A stretch of DNA of 64,000 nucleotides from Macrostomum hystrix (Eukaryota; Animalia; Platyhelminthes). Each line of letters begins with the position of its first letter. Within the stretch, counting starts at the first letter, position 1. The notes beneath the pieces were generated by a model, which saw nothing but the letters and a program-made list of their open reading frames with translations, searched no databases and had not been told where the DNA came from. The DNA lies in assembly GCA_950097015.1 (NCBI GenBank), contig CATNEN010000005.1:5642001-5706000 (forward strand). The letters are read 5' to 3'. A program made the translations under genes and the position numbers. Positions 50,127-64,000 of this stretch are shown piece after piece.

Positions 50127-52219
50127 TTAATCATTTTGTCTTTGCAGATACTCCTTACGAAAGTCGGACACAGCTGGATAAATTTGCTTCCTAGAAGCTT
50201 TAACATTGACCTGACAAAACAATCTAGTTGAAAATGTACCAGCCTGTGGCGGCTCCAATTCGGCAGGTTGCAAGTCCAACTGTGCTGGGCACCGGTCGCC
50301 AAGCAGGAAGTTGATCAGCTCATCAGTGAATGGCTGACAGTCAGGCCTGATGCAGATGATAGCCAAGTCTCGCTTTACATCATCATCGTCCGTTCCTGAC
50401 AGAATTTTCGTACCCAAGAGTAGCAGTACAGAGCAGTCGATTTCGATGGAATATTCTTCAACTGATGCGACTGCATCGGGTCGATTCAGAAACTCAGCGG
50501 CCGAGGTTACCAAGGACGCCAAACAGATGACTGAAAAATTGTTTATTCGTTTTGTATTAACTACTATAATATAAATTTCCAAATTCCACCTATTAATATA
50601 GTATTATGATTGAAACTTTAAGAAAGGTAAAGACTTCACATAACTGCATCCAGAGACATTGCAGAGCATGACGGAAGGAGGTCATTTGACCCCTACCCTT
50701 CAAACAACCGATCGACCTTGAAGAAAGGAAGAGAGGTCGTTTGACCCCTACCAAACAGACAACCGATATACTCTGAAGAAAGGAAGAGAGGTCGTTTGAC
50801 CCCCTACCCTTCAAATAACCGATCGACCTTGAAGAAAGGAAGAGAGGTCGTTTGACCCCCTACCCTTCAAATAACCGATCGACCTTGAAGAAAGGAAGGG
50901 AGGTCATTTGACCTCTACCATACAAACAACCGATAGACCATGAAGAAAGGAAGAGAGGTCATTTGACCCCTACCCTTCAAACAACCGATTGACCTTGAAG
51001 AAAGGAAGAGAGGTCATTTGACCTCTACCATACAAACAACTGATTGACCTTGAAGGTAGGAAGGGAGGTTGTATGACCCTACCCAAAGGGCACGAATAAT
51101 GTAGTCACTCACGAATGCGAGTATTTGAGTTTCCAATTTTCTTTGGATCTCGCCTCAGATGATCGATTCCAGAAAATTGCGACAGATTTCGTCGCGCAGC
51201 CAATAGGGTATTAAAGTCTTCCGATCTGGACGGATAACAATGGCCCAGGCTTTCTAATAGTTCAAGGGCTTCGACATCGACTGGAGTGGCTTTGCCAGCA
51301 GCAGGCAGCAGATTGATAGTGTCTAGAAGAATGGCGCCGCGAACTGCTCTGACTAAACCAGGCGTTGAACGCAATCGGTTGCCAATGAAGCTGTCTGGGT
51401 TGCTAGGCGACAGTAGACGCCTGGCTACTAGGCTACTGCAGGAACCAACTGGTTCGATTGTAACATCAACTTTAGGCTGCCATTCGCTCTCTTTTTTGTG
51501 GTGATCAATCACCTGAATGTTGGGTTAAGGGCATAGTTTCTTTAAATAATTGAATGTCCAACAGGAAGGGAATGTCTAACAGGAAAGAATGTCTAAAAGG
51601 AAGGGAATGTCTACGAGCCGTAACAGGAAGGGGATTCTAACAGGACAGGGATGTCTAACAGGACGAGAATATCTAACAGGAAGGGAATGTCTAACAGGAA
51701 CTAGAATGTGCAAAAAAAGAATGTCTAACAGGAAGGGAATGCCTAACTACAAGGTGTAATTTAAAACTTAACTTGTTGGTCAATCATTACCATAACAACA
51801 GCAGAGGCCAGAGCAGCATCCTTGCATTGAAGAACATTGTGATCGACTAAAACAAATCGAACCCTGCCATGGCGAGCTGCTTCGAACAGGGCACTATCTT
51901 GAATTTCATCGCGACACAAAATGAAACCTTCAGGAGTGCTGTCAGGCGGGTCAGTCAGCCAGTTGCCAAGGGCTAGTAATATATCTGGCCTAAGATGCAG
52001 CTCACTTTTAGGCACATTGAACAGAGGCACAGCTGGCGACATTTTTGGGTCATCATTCAGACAATAGGCTAGAGCTAGCGAGCACACAGCTGAATCTAAA
52101 TCGCAGGCCTCATTTCCCATCACAATGGTGACAATGGGAGTGGCATCACTGCTACTAGGCAATGCTGTCAAGGCTTGGACTAGAATTGTCCTAGCTTTGG
52201 AGAGATACTTTTGCAAAGC
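50127..52219 (-). CDS. PRUNE: Prune-family exopolyphosphatase (DHH/DHHA2); exons 52219-51791, 51512-51113, 50530-50127; first exon not located
   Basis: GNEACDLDS, LVDHN, IDHH, VGSCSSLV, ILLDT and SRKQIYP motifs; splice phases are consistent. Confidence 0.9.
50625..51075 (+). repeat. ~56-bp intronic minisatellite
   Basis: gaagaaaggaagagaggtcgtttgaccccctacccttcaaataaccgatcgacctt units. Confidence 0.9.
51558..51748 (+). repeat. 18-bp intronic minisatellite aacaggaagggaatgtct
   Basis: Direct reading. Confidence 0.85.
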
Positions 52220-53323
52220 CTGCAATGGTATTAAGTAAAGCCTCAAGATTGTGACAGTTCAGAGATGACATGTTAAACGAGATTAGATAGAAAATATAAA
52301 ACAAATAGACAGAACAATTTTTTAAAAATTGAAATAGGGCCTCCGATTATTCTTTGTTTCTTAGAATATTACCGCGAATTAATATGTTTGTTATAATGTA
52401 CTGTTTGTTTGATTAATTTTGTTAAAATGCACCGAATTTGTTTTTATGCACCGAAAGCACCAAAATATAAAAAGTTATAATGAAGTGAAGAAAGGAGTAA
52501 AAATTAGTATAAATACACGAGCGAAAGAAAGAGAAAAACTAACTCGGACAACCTCGGTTGGGAAAAGAGTTCAGATTGAGAAAGCTTGAATCTTGAAGTG
52601 TTCGTGTTGAAGTTATTTGAGAAAGAGAAATTGCGAAAGAGAAGTAAATGGAGTGAAGAAAAAGCTGTAAATCTAGATCCACTGGTAAAGTGCAAGGATG
52701 GACTGAAGGTTGAAATAAAAGAGTGATAAAGACTGATAAAGACGGATAAAGACAGATAAAGACTGATAAAGACGGATAAAGATTGATACAAGGTACTTAT
52801 AGAAATAATACAGTAAGGTTAGGCCTATAAGCAAAAATAAAATATAGAAGATAGATACCAGCCATATTGAAAGTATAATGCTACCATATTGAATTGAAAT
52901 AAGAAGTGCATAAAGCGAATAATTAAAGACATTCATAAGATTGACATAAAGTGTATAAAAAAGAGGCCTAGTACAAACTTTGGTAACAGCGGTAGGATAA
53001 AAGTAGCCCTACAACAACTTTGGAAGCATTCATTGGAATATTGACATATTACGAGTATAAGCCCTAGGACATAATTAGACAGAAAAGATAGGGCTTTGAT
53101 AGTTCAGAGATATTAGGAGAGGTAATTCAGAATCAAGATACGTTTAAATTATAGCATTTAAAAGACAGAAACATTTAATACAAAAAAAAGATACCTAACT
53201 GTATCTATATTTACATTGTCTTGTTTTTTATTATTTAAGACTTGGTTTTGTTTACAGACTTTTTAGTCTTTGAAAAATGTATAGTAAAAAAAGATAGTGT
53301 CAGTCCATGGAATGCACCATTAA

Positions 53324-53906
53324 CAGTAGAACTACCAAGGTGGGGGGGAATTCCCCCCTGACAATTTTTTTTGCTGCACCCGAACGGAACAATGCAAGCA
53401 CACGAAACTCAAGAACATGGGCCAACTTTTTGTTGCGCATCTTCTGAAACAAGAAACAAGTCGCCAGTTCTTCAGACCATCGAGCTATTCAATGTTTCTG
53501 GCTGAAGGTCTGGTTTTTCCCATAAGAGCTAGGCCCTAGTGTATTTCATATACCCCTGTACACAAATTTGCACTGCACCTCAGTGCGGCCTTGCCAGGCC
53601 TTCAAAATTTATCAGCATGTCACCCAAATGTGCTTGCATCATCTCCGACCTTTATCTTTCTTATCTAACTAGACATTCAAGAGCTAGGCTACAACAGGTA
53701 GAACTAGGCCACTATAAACACCTTGACATGAATTTCTCCAATTTCACTATCCAACTATTAGGCGCAGCTCAACCACAGGACCCTCGACTAGTCTGTCAAC
53801 CAATCAGTCACCCCCAAAGCATTCAGGCACTGGCAAAAACATTTTCAGGGGGGAATTCCCCCCTTGGTATAAAAACAGGCGGCAAAATGGCTTGGTAGTC
53901 CTACTG
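53324..53906. mobile_element. MITE flanked by TTAA (piggyBac-like), copy 1
   Basis: TIR cagtag(a/g)actaccaag with TTAA on both sides. Confidence 0.8.
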
Positions 53907-54379
53907 TTAAAGAGACTAATAAATAGTTATAATTTGCATATAAAAAGAGAGCAAAGTGTCATTTCTATGCTACTTATTTCCCTTAAATCAGTAGTGAAAA
54001 TGGACATAGAAGGCTAGAGTAAAATAATAAAATTTCTTTATAAAGCATGCAGGATATAGGTAATGGTATGAACTGAGGATGCTATTTAGGAGTATCAGTA
54101 TTGGCATTGCAAATTTGGCCTAGTTGAGGGATTTAGCCTTAGCGCCAAGGCAAATATAACATATAAGTATAAATTGAAAGAAAAAAGCCATGAGCAGCTT
54201 TATGCCTAGGCCCTATTAGGCCAAAATGATGTTTCCAAATTAAAAGAATGAAAATGGCACAATGATAAGAAATTATAGCACAGGCCTAGTACAACAGATA
54301 AGCCAATATATGTCTAATGTTAGGGGGCCTAGCTATTAATATACATTTTAACAATGTTTTTTAATGAAATTGAAATTTA

Positions 54380-55110
54380 GTTAGTCTAGGGCCAGCTCAG
54401 TCCTAGAAAAGTTAGTTCAATTTAGTCACCACTCGGGGTTTACTGAAGACTATAGTAGGCCTAAAGAAATAAAATTGATTGTCATATGCCACATTAAAAT
54501 CCTTCCATTACTTTATTTTAGTCAAAGTGAATTTTATTAAGTCATCATTGTGGTAGCTATAGGCATTCTCAGAGTTACAATTTCTATCATCTGTTGGTTC
54601 ATGAGCCATTCTGATTTCTTTTTGACAATGCTCGTGCCCACTTGAATCCACCAGCCATATAGGCAGAGCAAGAGGTCAAGCCTTTATCACCTTATTCTGT
54701 TTCTGAATATGACGGAGAGTGCCATCTCCTCGGTGAAAGCATCATATATGTGATCACTAAAACAAGTGGAGTTGCAGTGTTAGCTAGGCAACAGGGACGC
54801 TACCAACACACTTGGCATCACTCTACAAGAATACTGCGCCCACATTCTTGTACTAGATCACATAAACATCACATGGACACATAAACAAAGCTTTGTGTCT
54901 ATTTTGGTTTGTGTTGTTTTTGTTTAAGCTTCCATCTCACGGCTATAATGGCAAAAAATCACTTGGAGCTGATCAATTTCACTTCACTAAAAAGTGGATT
55001 TAGAGGAACTCGACCAAATCAATTTTGTTTCTTTACTATAGTCTACGGTAAACCCCGAATGCTGACTAAATCAAACTCACTTTTCTAGAACTGAGCTGGC
55101 CAAAGACGAA
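54380..55110 (+). mobile_element. Decayed Tc1/IS630-like element
   Basis: Imperfect ~100-bp inverted repeats (54380-54480 and 55015-55110). Internal remnants read FDNARAH and LSPYS...FLN..E. Ends are approximate. Confidence 0.55.
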
Positions 55111-56019
55111 ATAAGTGAAATTTATTCCCCAGTTGGATTGGCCCATAGACCAGATAAATTTATTTATTTGGCCGTTGAAATTTATCTGGCCGGGACAGAT
55201 AAACATTTATCTGGTCCGGTGACAATTATCTGGCTTCAACTGTGAAATAAATACATTATCACCCACTTGTTTGACTTATCTATGGCCGAAAACGTCTTCG
55301 GACATCGTTTCTTGATCACATAAACGAGTCCTCAGCCGTTCCCGGCCAAAATAAATAAACAAAGTGGGTGATAACTTATACTTATGCGCAAAAATATTGT
55401 TAAAATGTATAACACTAGCAATTCAGTAGTCCTTAGTTTAGATTAGTCAATATAATATTAGTTTAGATAAGAAAAAGTAAATATGAAAGTAATTTCTATG
55501 ACTATGCTGACAGTTGATGGAAAATAAGCAGTCACTAGGCATAGGTCTACTAGTTCTATTCTAACATAATAATTTGAACTTCGAATATAGCAATGTAATA
55601 CATAAGCATACTACTGCTATACTGTATTCTAGTTCGAAAATTATATAAAGTAAATGTCTGATACAATTTGGAGATGGTCCGAAATTTCGATTTCAATTTC
55701 GAGTTTCCGAAATTCGGAATTTTTTGCTAAAAAAAATCGGAAATTTCAATACATTTTTTACAGCTCTTGCATGTTTTATTGAACCTCGAGGAAAGGTGCC
55801 TCGAGGAAAGGATTCGCGAAAACCTTCGAACAGCAGCTAATGTTCTTGGACCACAAGAATCATCATCCAGAGCTGCATGACGTTCGGGAGGAAGCGGATT
55901 TGGACAAGGCACATAGGAAACGAGCTGCTGACAAGATGCATGTACAAACAGTATATGCACACGCTGCAATGCATGCAATTGGCTGATGTGCCAATTTTCA
56001 TGTGCAGAAATTTCTTGTA

Positions 56020-57780
56020 AAACGGTGGATCCCCACCCCGCGGTTGAGCATCTCGCGCTGCCGAATCAGGACCTCGCGACCGCAGGCCTACTGCCAGGTC
56101 CACTCGGAGATCTGGGCTGGTCCAGCGTGCGCCATAGTGAGAGACACACTCACTCGTCCCTCACCAGATGGATCATGTATATGATCAGTCAGAGCATGGT
56201 CACTGCCAGCCTGCTCCCCATGTTCAAACCAAAACCAAGAGGGCCCTCGCGATCCTCGCGCAGCTGCGACGGGCCGTTGGCACCACCTGGGGGCTCACCC
56301 CAAGCGCCTCTAGTGGATCTATACTGCAATGGTCAGGCCAGCTGTCTCGTAGGGCAGCTTGATCTGGGCCAGCGCCCTGCAGATGAGGACCTGCCTGGAG
56401 GCACTTAGGAGAACGCAAGGGCGCGCATGTCGCATGATCACGAGTGCCACACCGTCTGCTCCATACGACGGCCTCAATGCCTTCCTCGACGCTGCCCAGT
56501 TGGAAATTTTTGTCCGCAGGGAAGCCGCTAAAACAGCGCGTCGGCTCATTGACGCCGGCGTCCGCTTCGAGCCGCAAAGAGCCATGGCAAAGCGCAAGCT
56601 TCTGCCTCACGCCGACCTGTGCCTTAGAGACTTGAAAGATAGCGGCGGACTCCACGTCCACGCACTCAATCTCACCCAGCACTACAAAATCATGATCCCT
56701 TCGAAGGAAGATGCCAACGACCACTGGAACCACCAGGAGGTCCACTGCTATACGGACGGATCCCTTAAAGACGGCATTGCCGGCTTTGGGGTCTGCATCC
56801 TGATCAACGGCCGCATCATCGCCACGCACGCCCAACATACTGGGAGGCTTTCCACGGTCTTCCAGAATGAAATCCTTGCCATCAGCTCCTGTGCCGCAGA
56901 GCCAGGAACACGAGAGGAGAGACTATCGTCATCCACTCTGACAGCCAAGCGGCCTTAACAGCCCTTTGCCGCACTACCACGTGCTCCCGGACAGCCGGGC
57001 TGACTGTGCCCGGCAACTCAAACTCCTGGCTCGTAACAACACGGTCAGGCTGGGCTGATGACTGGGCTGAGTCCCTCCACAGGGACAGATGGGCGGGCAC
57101 CCAGAACTGTCGGCAATACCGTGCCCCAGTTCCGCGCCCGTCTCGCAGGCTTAGGAACATCCTTGAGCCAAAACCGGAAGGATATCCGCGCCCTCGCCAT
57201 GACCCTCACGGGCCACGGCTTCCTCGCAAGGCACTGTTTCCTTCGGGGCGACATTGAGAGGGAACTTTGAGAATGTGAAAATGTCGGGGCGACATTGAGA
57301 ACGTACCCCTTTGTGAGTACGACAACGAAGATGCTGAGCACTTTGTGTGCCACTGCCCTTTCTTTAAAAGAGACCGGCTACGCTACCTCGGGCCCAACCC
57401 GTCTATGGACGAGATTTGCCAGCCCGACAGCATTCCATGGCTCGTCCAGTTGCTCCGGGCAACAAGACGAGCCACGTTCTTCCCTACGGAAGACAACGCT
57501 GCAAGACCGGAGGACCGGCGGACCACCCTGACCGCCCCCGCGCCCTCGCCTGTCTGCGGGCCTACAGGGGTTAGCGGTATGGGCGATCCTCGCCTCCCGG
57601 TTGTGTCCATGGACCACCCTGCAGCTAAGTCAAGTAAGTCAAGACCCAGCAAAGGCCCAGCAAGACCCAGGAGAGGGCAGCAAATGGCAAACTGCAGACT
57701 GGAGGGCAAGACAGGACTAGGTCATGTTTGCGAGCTAAAACCAATACTAATCAAAAAAACGTTTTCAAATAAACCTATTC
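56020..57780 (+). mobile_element. 5'-truncated, decayed non-LTR retrotransposon with RNase H (I/R1/Loa-like)
   Basis: TTWGL..., WIYTAMVRP, YTDGS...STVFQNEILAI, HSDSQAAL, LTGHG and CPFC...EHFVCHC fragments across several frameshifts. Confidence 0.85.
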
Positions 57781-58475
57781 AGTACTAGGCCTTTTTGTAA
57801 AAAAAATCCGGTAGCTTTTTTTAACAGTTTAACGTTGAATAAAGCGCTGGCCTGCTTCACACCGCCTTTAAGATCAGCGACGAGCGGATCACAAACGCTT
57901 CGCACTCTATCGCCGCGCCGGCCTGGCCCGTCCAAGTGAACGGCTGCGACTTCGGCGACTCCAGCAGGCAGGCCATACCATCCGCGCCGAGTCCTACTGC
58001 CCGCAGCCGGTGCAGGAGGTGCTGCTGCTAACGCTGCAGGCACCGTACCGGCGCGGCCAGGCCCGAACTCGGCGTTTCGTCGACTGCCTGCCGGCCGATG
58101 CTGGCGCCCCGGACACTGCCGGCGGTGCGGCCTTTGTTCGCGCCCGGGCTCTGAAGCGTGCACTGTGACGCTGCCTTTTTTCCACCTGACAGCGTATTTT
58201 GTTGTTGTAGTTTTTGTTATTGAATAAAAAATTACGAGACTTATCGAGACGATTGCCTGAAAAAAATGGGCAGCTTAAATTTAGTCTAGAATTGTAAAAG
58301 CAATATATTGAGAAGTAAAATATGAGTCTTTATAAAAGACTACGATTTTTCAAGTATTTAAAAATTTCACCAAAACAAAAATCAAATTTACTATTAATAT
58401 CAAATATAAAAATTACTATCGAAATTTAAGAACACATTTCTATTCATTTATTCAATGTAACAATTTGCTTGTTAA

Positions 58476-59025
58476 CAGTAGGACTACCAAGCCATTTTGC
58501 TGCCCGTTTTTATACCAAGGGGGGGATTTTTCCATTGGGCATTGGGCAACACATTGGGCAACACTCAACTATGGACTAGAGGAGCATGTAAAGTAGTTGA
58601 GTGTTGCCCAATGTCGAGGCTTGATCAGCGAAAGTAGAGAAATTCGCTTTAGGGACTCCATAGTCGGCTGGTGCCACTTGTTGAAGGTCCAGCAGCTCCG
58701 TCTACATAAAGGTCGGTGACCGCCGAAGTCGGAGAAGATGCAAGCACATTCGGGTGACATGCTGATAAAGTTTGAAGGTCTGGAAAGGCCGCACTGAGGC
58801 GCAGTGCAAATTCGTGTATAGGGGTGTATGAAATACACTAGCTCTTATGGGAAAAATCGGACCTTCGGCCAGAAACATTGAATATCTCGACAATCTGAAG
58901 AGCTGGCGACTTGTTTCAGAAGATGCGCAGCAAAAAGTTGGCCCGTGTTCTTGCATTGTTCCGTTCGGTTGCAGCAAAAAAATTGTCAAGGGGGGGGGAA
59001 ATTCCCCCCCTTGGTAGTTCTACTG
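58476..59025. mobile_element. TTAA MITE, copy 2 (inverted relative to copy 1)
   Basis: Same TIRs, TTAA flanks and internal sequence. Confidence 0.8.
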
Positions 59026-60199
59026 TTAATTAGTTGTCATTCATCTGCTTACGTCTAAGGACATAAAAACGAAAAAAATTATTTTCGTAGAATCACGGCT
59101 GCAGGAAAATAAATCTTTCGAATTTTAGAAACAAGGATGGCCACTATTTTTAATATGTTTTTATAACTATTTTGTCTGTCTTTCCGTTCTTCCAAATCGT
59201 TTGAGTTCATTTTTTAGTTCAACCGACATAACACTTGCGCACTAAGCGAAATACTTAAAACTTCGTTTAGTGCGCACGTTTAGTTCGGTGAACAAGAAAC
59301 TTACGTAGGGTGTCCCAGAAATAGCGGGAAAAATCGTATTTCTTTTCTGTTTAGAATATTCAAGAAAAAATATTGACAAATTAAACGTTCCTTGATGCTA
59401 ATTGTCGACGGACCTATTAAACCCTATGGCTAAAAATTGAGAACATCGGTCCTAGACAGTTAATGTCCTATTGTTCCTATATTTTTATTTAGCAAAACAC
59501 CGTCTAGACTGCTATCTTTTCTTCTGCGAGTTACAGTTACACATGAACTAAATTAAATAACAGTCTATTTCACCTACTCAATCTTATATGCAGGATTCTA
59601 TTCTTTAAGTCTAGACATCTTCGCAAGGTTACCATAACAATCGCATATTGTTGTGTAGGTATTGTACTGACAACCCAGGCAATAGAAATTGTCATTGACT
59701 ATGTCGATCATAAGAATTAATGTACACAGCTCATTATATAAGCACGATGGCATCTACCTAGAAAGGACCTCCAAGGAAAGCTGCATCCAGAATATTCGAT
59801 ATTTCGGACGTTGCCGCTTTGAGTGACAGTGATTCCAAGCTACACATCGCTGGTTGCGTATACGCGTAAGATTTTCTGCTGAGTTTATACTCGTATAACG
59901 ATTAACATCTGACGACATTTGTATAGCTACCCCCCTAGCCACATAGGATTTGTTTAATCCGCTCATTCTTACGTATTGACTCGCTTCTAAACCGCCCACA
60001 GAGACATCGACTATAACATTCTTCCAATCCTTCAGGATGCCGAGCAAGATTACTATGAAGGCTGCTACTCTGTTCTGGTTAGTTGTTTATTGACGAGCTT
60101 AACTTGACCTACCTTCTTGCTTTGCTTTTGCTTTTTCGCACTTAACTTCGTGTTCCATTCTTCATAAATTTACTGTCGTGCTATGTATCTGCTAGCTAA

Positions 60200-60720
60200 A
60201 AGTAGGACTATCAAGCCATTCTGCCGCCCGTTTTATACCAATTTATACCCTGAGCATTTTTGGCATGCGTTGGGTGGGGACTGATTGGTTGACAGACTAG
60301 GCGAGGGTGTCCTGTGGTTGAGCAGCGCCGAATATTTAGGCTTGATCAGTGAAACAGGAGAAATTCGCGTCAGGGTGTGCATAATGGCCTAGTGCACCTG
60401 TTGCAGCCCTTAAACGTCCAGGAAATCAGTCTAGATAAAGGTAGGTGACCACCGAAGACGGAGATGATGCAGGCACATTCGGGTGCCATGCTGATAAGTT
60501 TTGAAGGCCTGGCAAGGCCGCACTAAGGTGCAGTGCCAACTCGTGTTAGGGGTGTATGAAATACACCAGCGCCTACGGGAAAAATCTGACGTTCGGCCAG
60601 AACCATTGAATATCTCGACAGTCTGAAGAGCTGGCAACTTGATTATTGCTTCAGAATATGCGGAAAAAATTGGGTTTCTTGAGTTTCTTGAATTTCCTTC
60701 TCCCCTTAGTAGTTCTACTG
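60200..60720. mobile_element. TTAA MITE, copy 3 (decayed left end)
   Basis: Internal homology to copies 1 and 2; right TIR followed by TTAA. Confidence 0.7.
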
Positions 60721-61269
60721 TTAATTGCCAGCTTTAACACCTCTACTGAGCTTATGAGATTAGGGATTTACATGCGATTGTATAACTATTGATCCTATCA
60801 AAGTTTTTGGCGACAGTTCGCTGACAGGGACCCAGTTTTCTAGACAACAAACTAATGTCCTTTGGAGATAAAGGCTAAAGTAGACGCATTGTGCGCGTAG
60901 AAGCTGATTTAATTGTCTCGAGGATGCTGGCTCGGACGGCTTTGAAAGTTAAGGGCGGAAAATGTTGATTCATATGGTGGACTGTCACGAAAATCGGTCA
61001 TTCGGTTTGGGAGGTATTGCTGTTAGGGACACAAATAGTTTCCACAGAGCTGGGATTCGAACTTCCGACCTCTCTGTACAAAACCACTGGGTTGCGAGTC
61101 CATTTATATCATTCTGATTATCGTCGGACGTGCATCAGTTATTTAGCTCAGCTCAGTCTAGCTCAGTTATTTACTAATGAAAAGTTTCTCTTCTTGATTT
61201 CGTGTTTGATTTGTTTCAATTTGAGAGTCGGATTGCATTGTTAGATAAATACATTCGCTTACCTTACAG

Positions 61270-64000
61270 GCTTCTGCTCCTGCAAGCAACCGGAGTCGTG
61301 CCACAAACTCAGTGCCAGAACGGTGGCACATTTGACCTGGTGTATCATGCATGCATCTGTACTGCATATTTCTATGGAGTAAACTGCGAGACAGCGTTTT
61401 CGAGCTCTGATCCGTGTGTGAACCCCAGCATCCGGGAGATTGTTGACTCATCTGGCTCTCACGGGCCCGGCAACACTCGGGACTGCGCAGTAACTGGCGG
61501 CTGCATCGACTTCTCTGCGCTGAAGGAGGACTGGTACCGCATAAGATCGCCAGCCGGCGACTCCCTGTCTACCTCATGCCTGGACTCACTGAACGGCTGC
61601 GGAAGCACCAAGCAATACATCATCACAAACATAGTTAGCGAGACAAACGCTAACATACGGTTGTATTCCGCTAGACTATCTAGAGCTGGTGAATTCGGAG
61701 CGCAGTGCTACAACCCGACAGAATCTCCAAACCTGGTTAGAATTCTGTCCTGTGGTTCATTTGAACTGTACTTCCTGTGGCCAACAATGGCACGCGACCA
61801 TCATTACTGCATCGGAAACAAAAAGCGATGCGCCGCAGGCCTAAATTCACTAGATGGCGGTGGATATGAGCCCTGCTACAATGCGTCTTTGTGCATTCCA
61901 ACAGTGAAGTCAGGAGCGGTGCAGGTGCCAGTTTTGCAGCAAATAAGAAATGATTTAAATAGTAGATACTACGAGAGCATTTTCAGCTGCTCCATCCAAG
62001 ACGCCTTCGAAACGAACTTCACTAAAGGCCTAAGGTACAGAGTAATGTTCCGACTGACGTATCACAACTCCACGAGAATCATCATTCCAGAGTGCACTGT
62101 GAACAACTTGACCCTATCAGCTGGGGGCCGAGCTACCGTGTCCTGTCATTACCAGAAGATTCTAATCCCGCATTCTAATATTTACGGCGGCACATTGGAC
62201 TGCGTGCTGCAGGCAAAATGCAACGCGGACACGTCCGACTACGTCTCCCAGGAGCTCACTTCTTTGCCTCATCGATTTGAATTCCTGTACAACTTCTTGG
62301 ATCCGACAACGCAAGCGGACACGTCCGTACTCATTCCATCGGGCCCAATTAAACTTTGCATCAACATCACAAAGGTACCGATCATCGGCTTAGTCACATT
62401 GCGGATAACCGCACGTCGAGAAGCTCTAGTTGCTAATGATAAACTTTCTCTGAAGATAGCACCACCATTAACCAACGAAACTGCAGTCGACAACGACTTT
62501 TGCGCAATAAAATTCCAGGGGATGAACGTTCACTACGGAAATGTTTGCTCGCTGATCACGTTGATCAATGACGACGAAGAGGGCTTGATTGTGAGAGGTC
62601 TTGACCCCAGTCAGATGGTTCCAATCGTTGAAGTCAACCTGAGCTACCGCTCCGATGACAGAAGTGGCGTGTATACGGCAAATGAGTGGGTCAAAACTCA
62701 ATCCAGACAGTTGACTGTTGATATTTCAAGCTTGTATGGCACCGACAGAAAAGACTACTTTCACGTTTATAGTGATCCGATATGCAAACCAGCACTTTCC
62801 GATCAAATGTATGTAGCAATTTTCTTTCACGAGGGATGCAGAGTTCTATCCTTGATGCGTCATAAAGTTCTGCCTTATGAAGTACAGGCCAAAGAGTGCA
62901 ACACACCTTCAGTGAATTTCCATTCGGTTATCACTCAAGTAGCGATCAGTTATGAGTATCACCTGATCCAAATATACAGCATTGACAGAAAATTCCACGT
63001 CATCGCAAGGCAACTGGAGAGGAGTGCGCTGCCGTACAAAGCCGGCTATATTCCATCAGGGGTTACTGTTGAGGAAGCATCGAATGGAGTACGGGTCAAG
63101 CTCGATCTATACGGCACCCTCATTTATATCTGGGGGTTTATTACAAATACTGAAAACAAAGCTCATTGTATTCATAACTTTATTCAAAGCAGGAAGTCAA
63201 TGATAGAAAACAAGTGTTTTTTTAACTTCAGTGTATCAATGAACGGCTACGACTCCTTGGATGTAATGATCATTCCTGGCCTTTACGACACCCGAAGCAG
63301 GGTCGACGGGCTGATGTACAGGTTTAATTTTACGGACTGGAAACCAGAAGACACTGTAACGATGGACAGCTCCAGAGACATGTTCTCATATAAGTTTGAG
63401 CCAGGCAGAGTCACTGAAAGCGTGCTAAAACCCACGAGTACTTTAAACTTTTGTCAGTGCTATGATGGTGAGCCACCTGAATCACTTGACACAACTAAAC
63501 GGTGCGTCATCAGGAGATCAGAACATTCACGGACGAAGCGCTTTGCCGAAGAGTCAACTCTGAGCAGACAGGTACGATCTGTTGCATCATTTAGTGGATT
63601 ACAAAACATAACCGCGGATGTAGCTGCACAGGAGTGCGACAAATACATTCAGTCCCAAGCGACCTCAAAGGCTAGGGTTGTGTCTGTGTGCTCCGTCGCA
63701 ACAGGAATCCACGGTGGCTTGGACTTTATGACCAAGTTTAAAACTGTTTGCGTCCAGTATGCCACGCAACTGAATTCAATGAACTATACGGAGTCGATTT
63801 TTAACTCGATTGCTGACCAGTGTATCACAAATCTCAAGTTCAATGTATCATACGTTAGGAGTAGCGGCAGTACTCTTCAGCAGATGGATGCGGAAATCTG
63901 CCCAAACAGCTGCTCTGGAAAGGGTGCCTGCATATCCGGAGCCTGCTGGTGCTACCAATACTACTCAGGGTCGGGATGCGAGGTGGCGCCAGTCTTGGTT
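61270..64000 (+). CDS. VWDE: VWDE-like secreted protein (EGF, Cys-rich D8C-like, VWD-like, EGF); large exon open to the window end
   Basis: I read 910 stop-free codons from 61271, after a cttacag acceptor. CQNGG..C.C...GVNCE; WYRI..CLDSLNGCG..HYC; CPNSCSGKGAC...C.C...GSGCE. Absent from the ORF track, probably because it has no stop in the window. Confidence 0.7.

Noticed and set aside
57830-60050. Possible minus-strand exons at 57830-58190 and 59754-60047
   Set aside because: No recognisable domain or connectable exon chain.

Overview
This is eukaryotic (metazoan-like) genomic DNA: GT-AG introns, minisatellites and nested transposons, with no prokaryotic features. The first ~30.6 kb is a nest of mobile elements. 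(E1) A Ty3/Gypsy element, + strand: gag, -1 frameshift, pol with two disablements, then a 3' accessory ORF. A solo LTR (4-bp TSD) sits in that ORF's leader, and a 6.1-kb CMC/EnSpm transposon (20-bp TIRs, 2-bp TSD) sits inside the solo LTR. Next is a 14.1-kb Mutator-like element (191-bp TIRs, 9-bp TSD). It holds (E2) the 3' part of a second Ty3/Gypsy with its own accessory ORF, and (E3) a minus-strand element with LTR, PBS, gag, frameshifted protease and an accessory ORF but no RT, RNase H or integrase. The main candidate novelty is that the accessory ORFs of E1, E2 and E3 share a ~50-aa motif that I aligned by eye and do not recognise. The rest of the window holds a foldback-like inverted array, a tandem-SH2 (Syk/ZAP-70-like) kinase gene whose catalytic Lys and Asp are both substituted, a PRUNE exopolyphosphatase gene, several MITEs, tRNA-derived SINEs, a decayed RNase H-bearing LINE, and the first 910 codons of a VWDE-like exon running off the end. 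All alignments were done by eye; no databases were searched.
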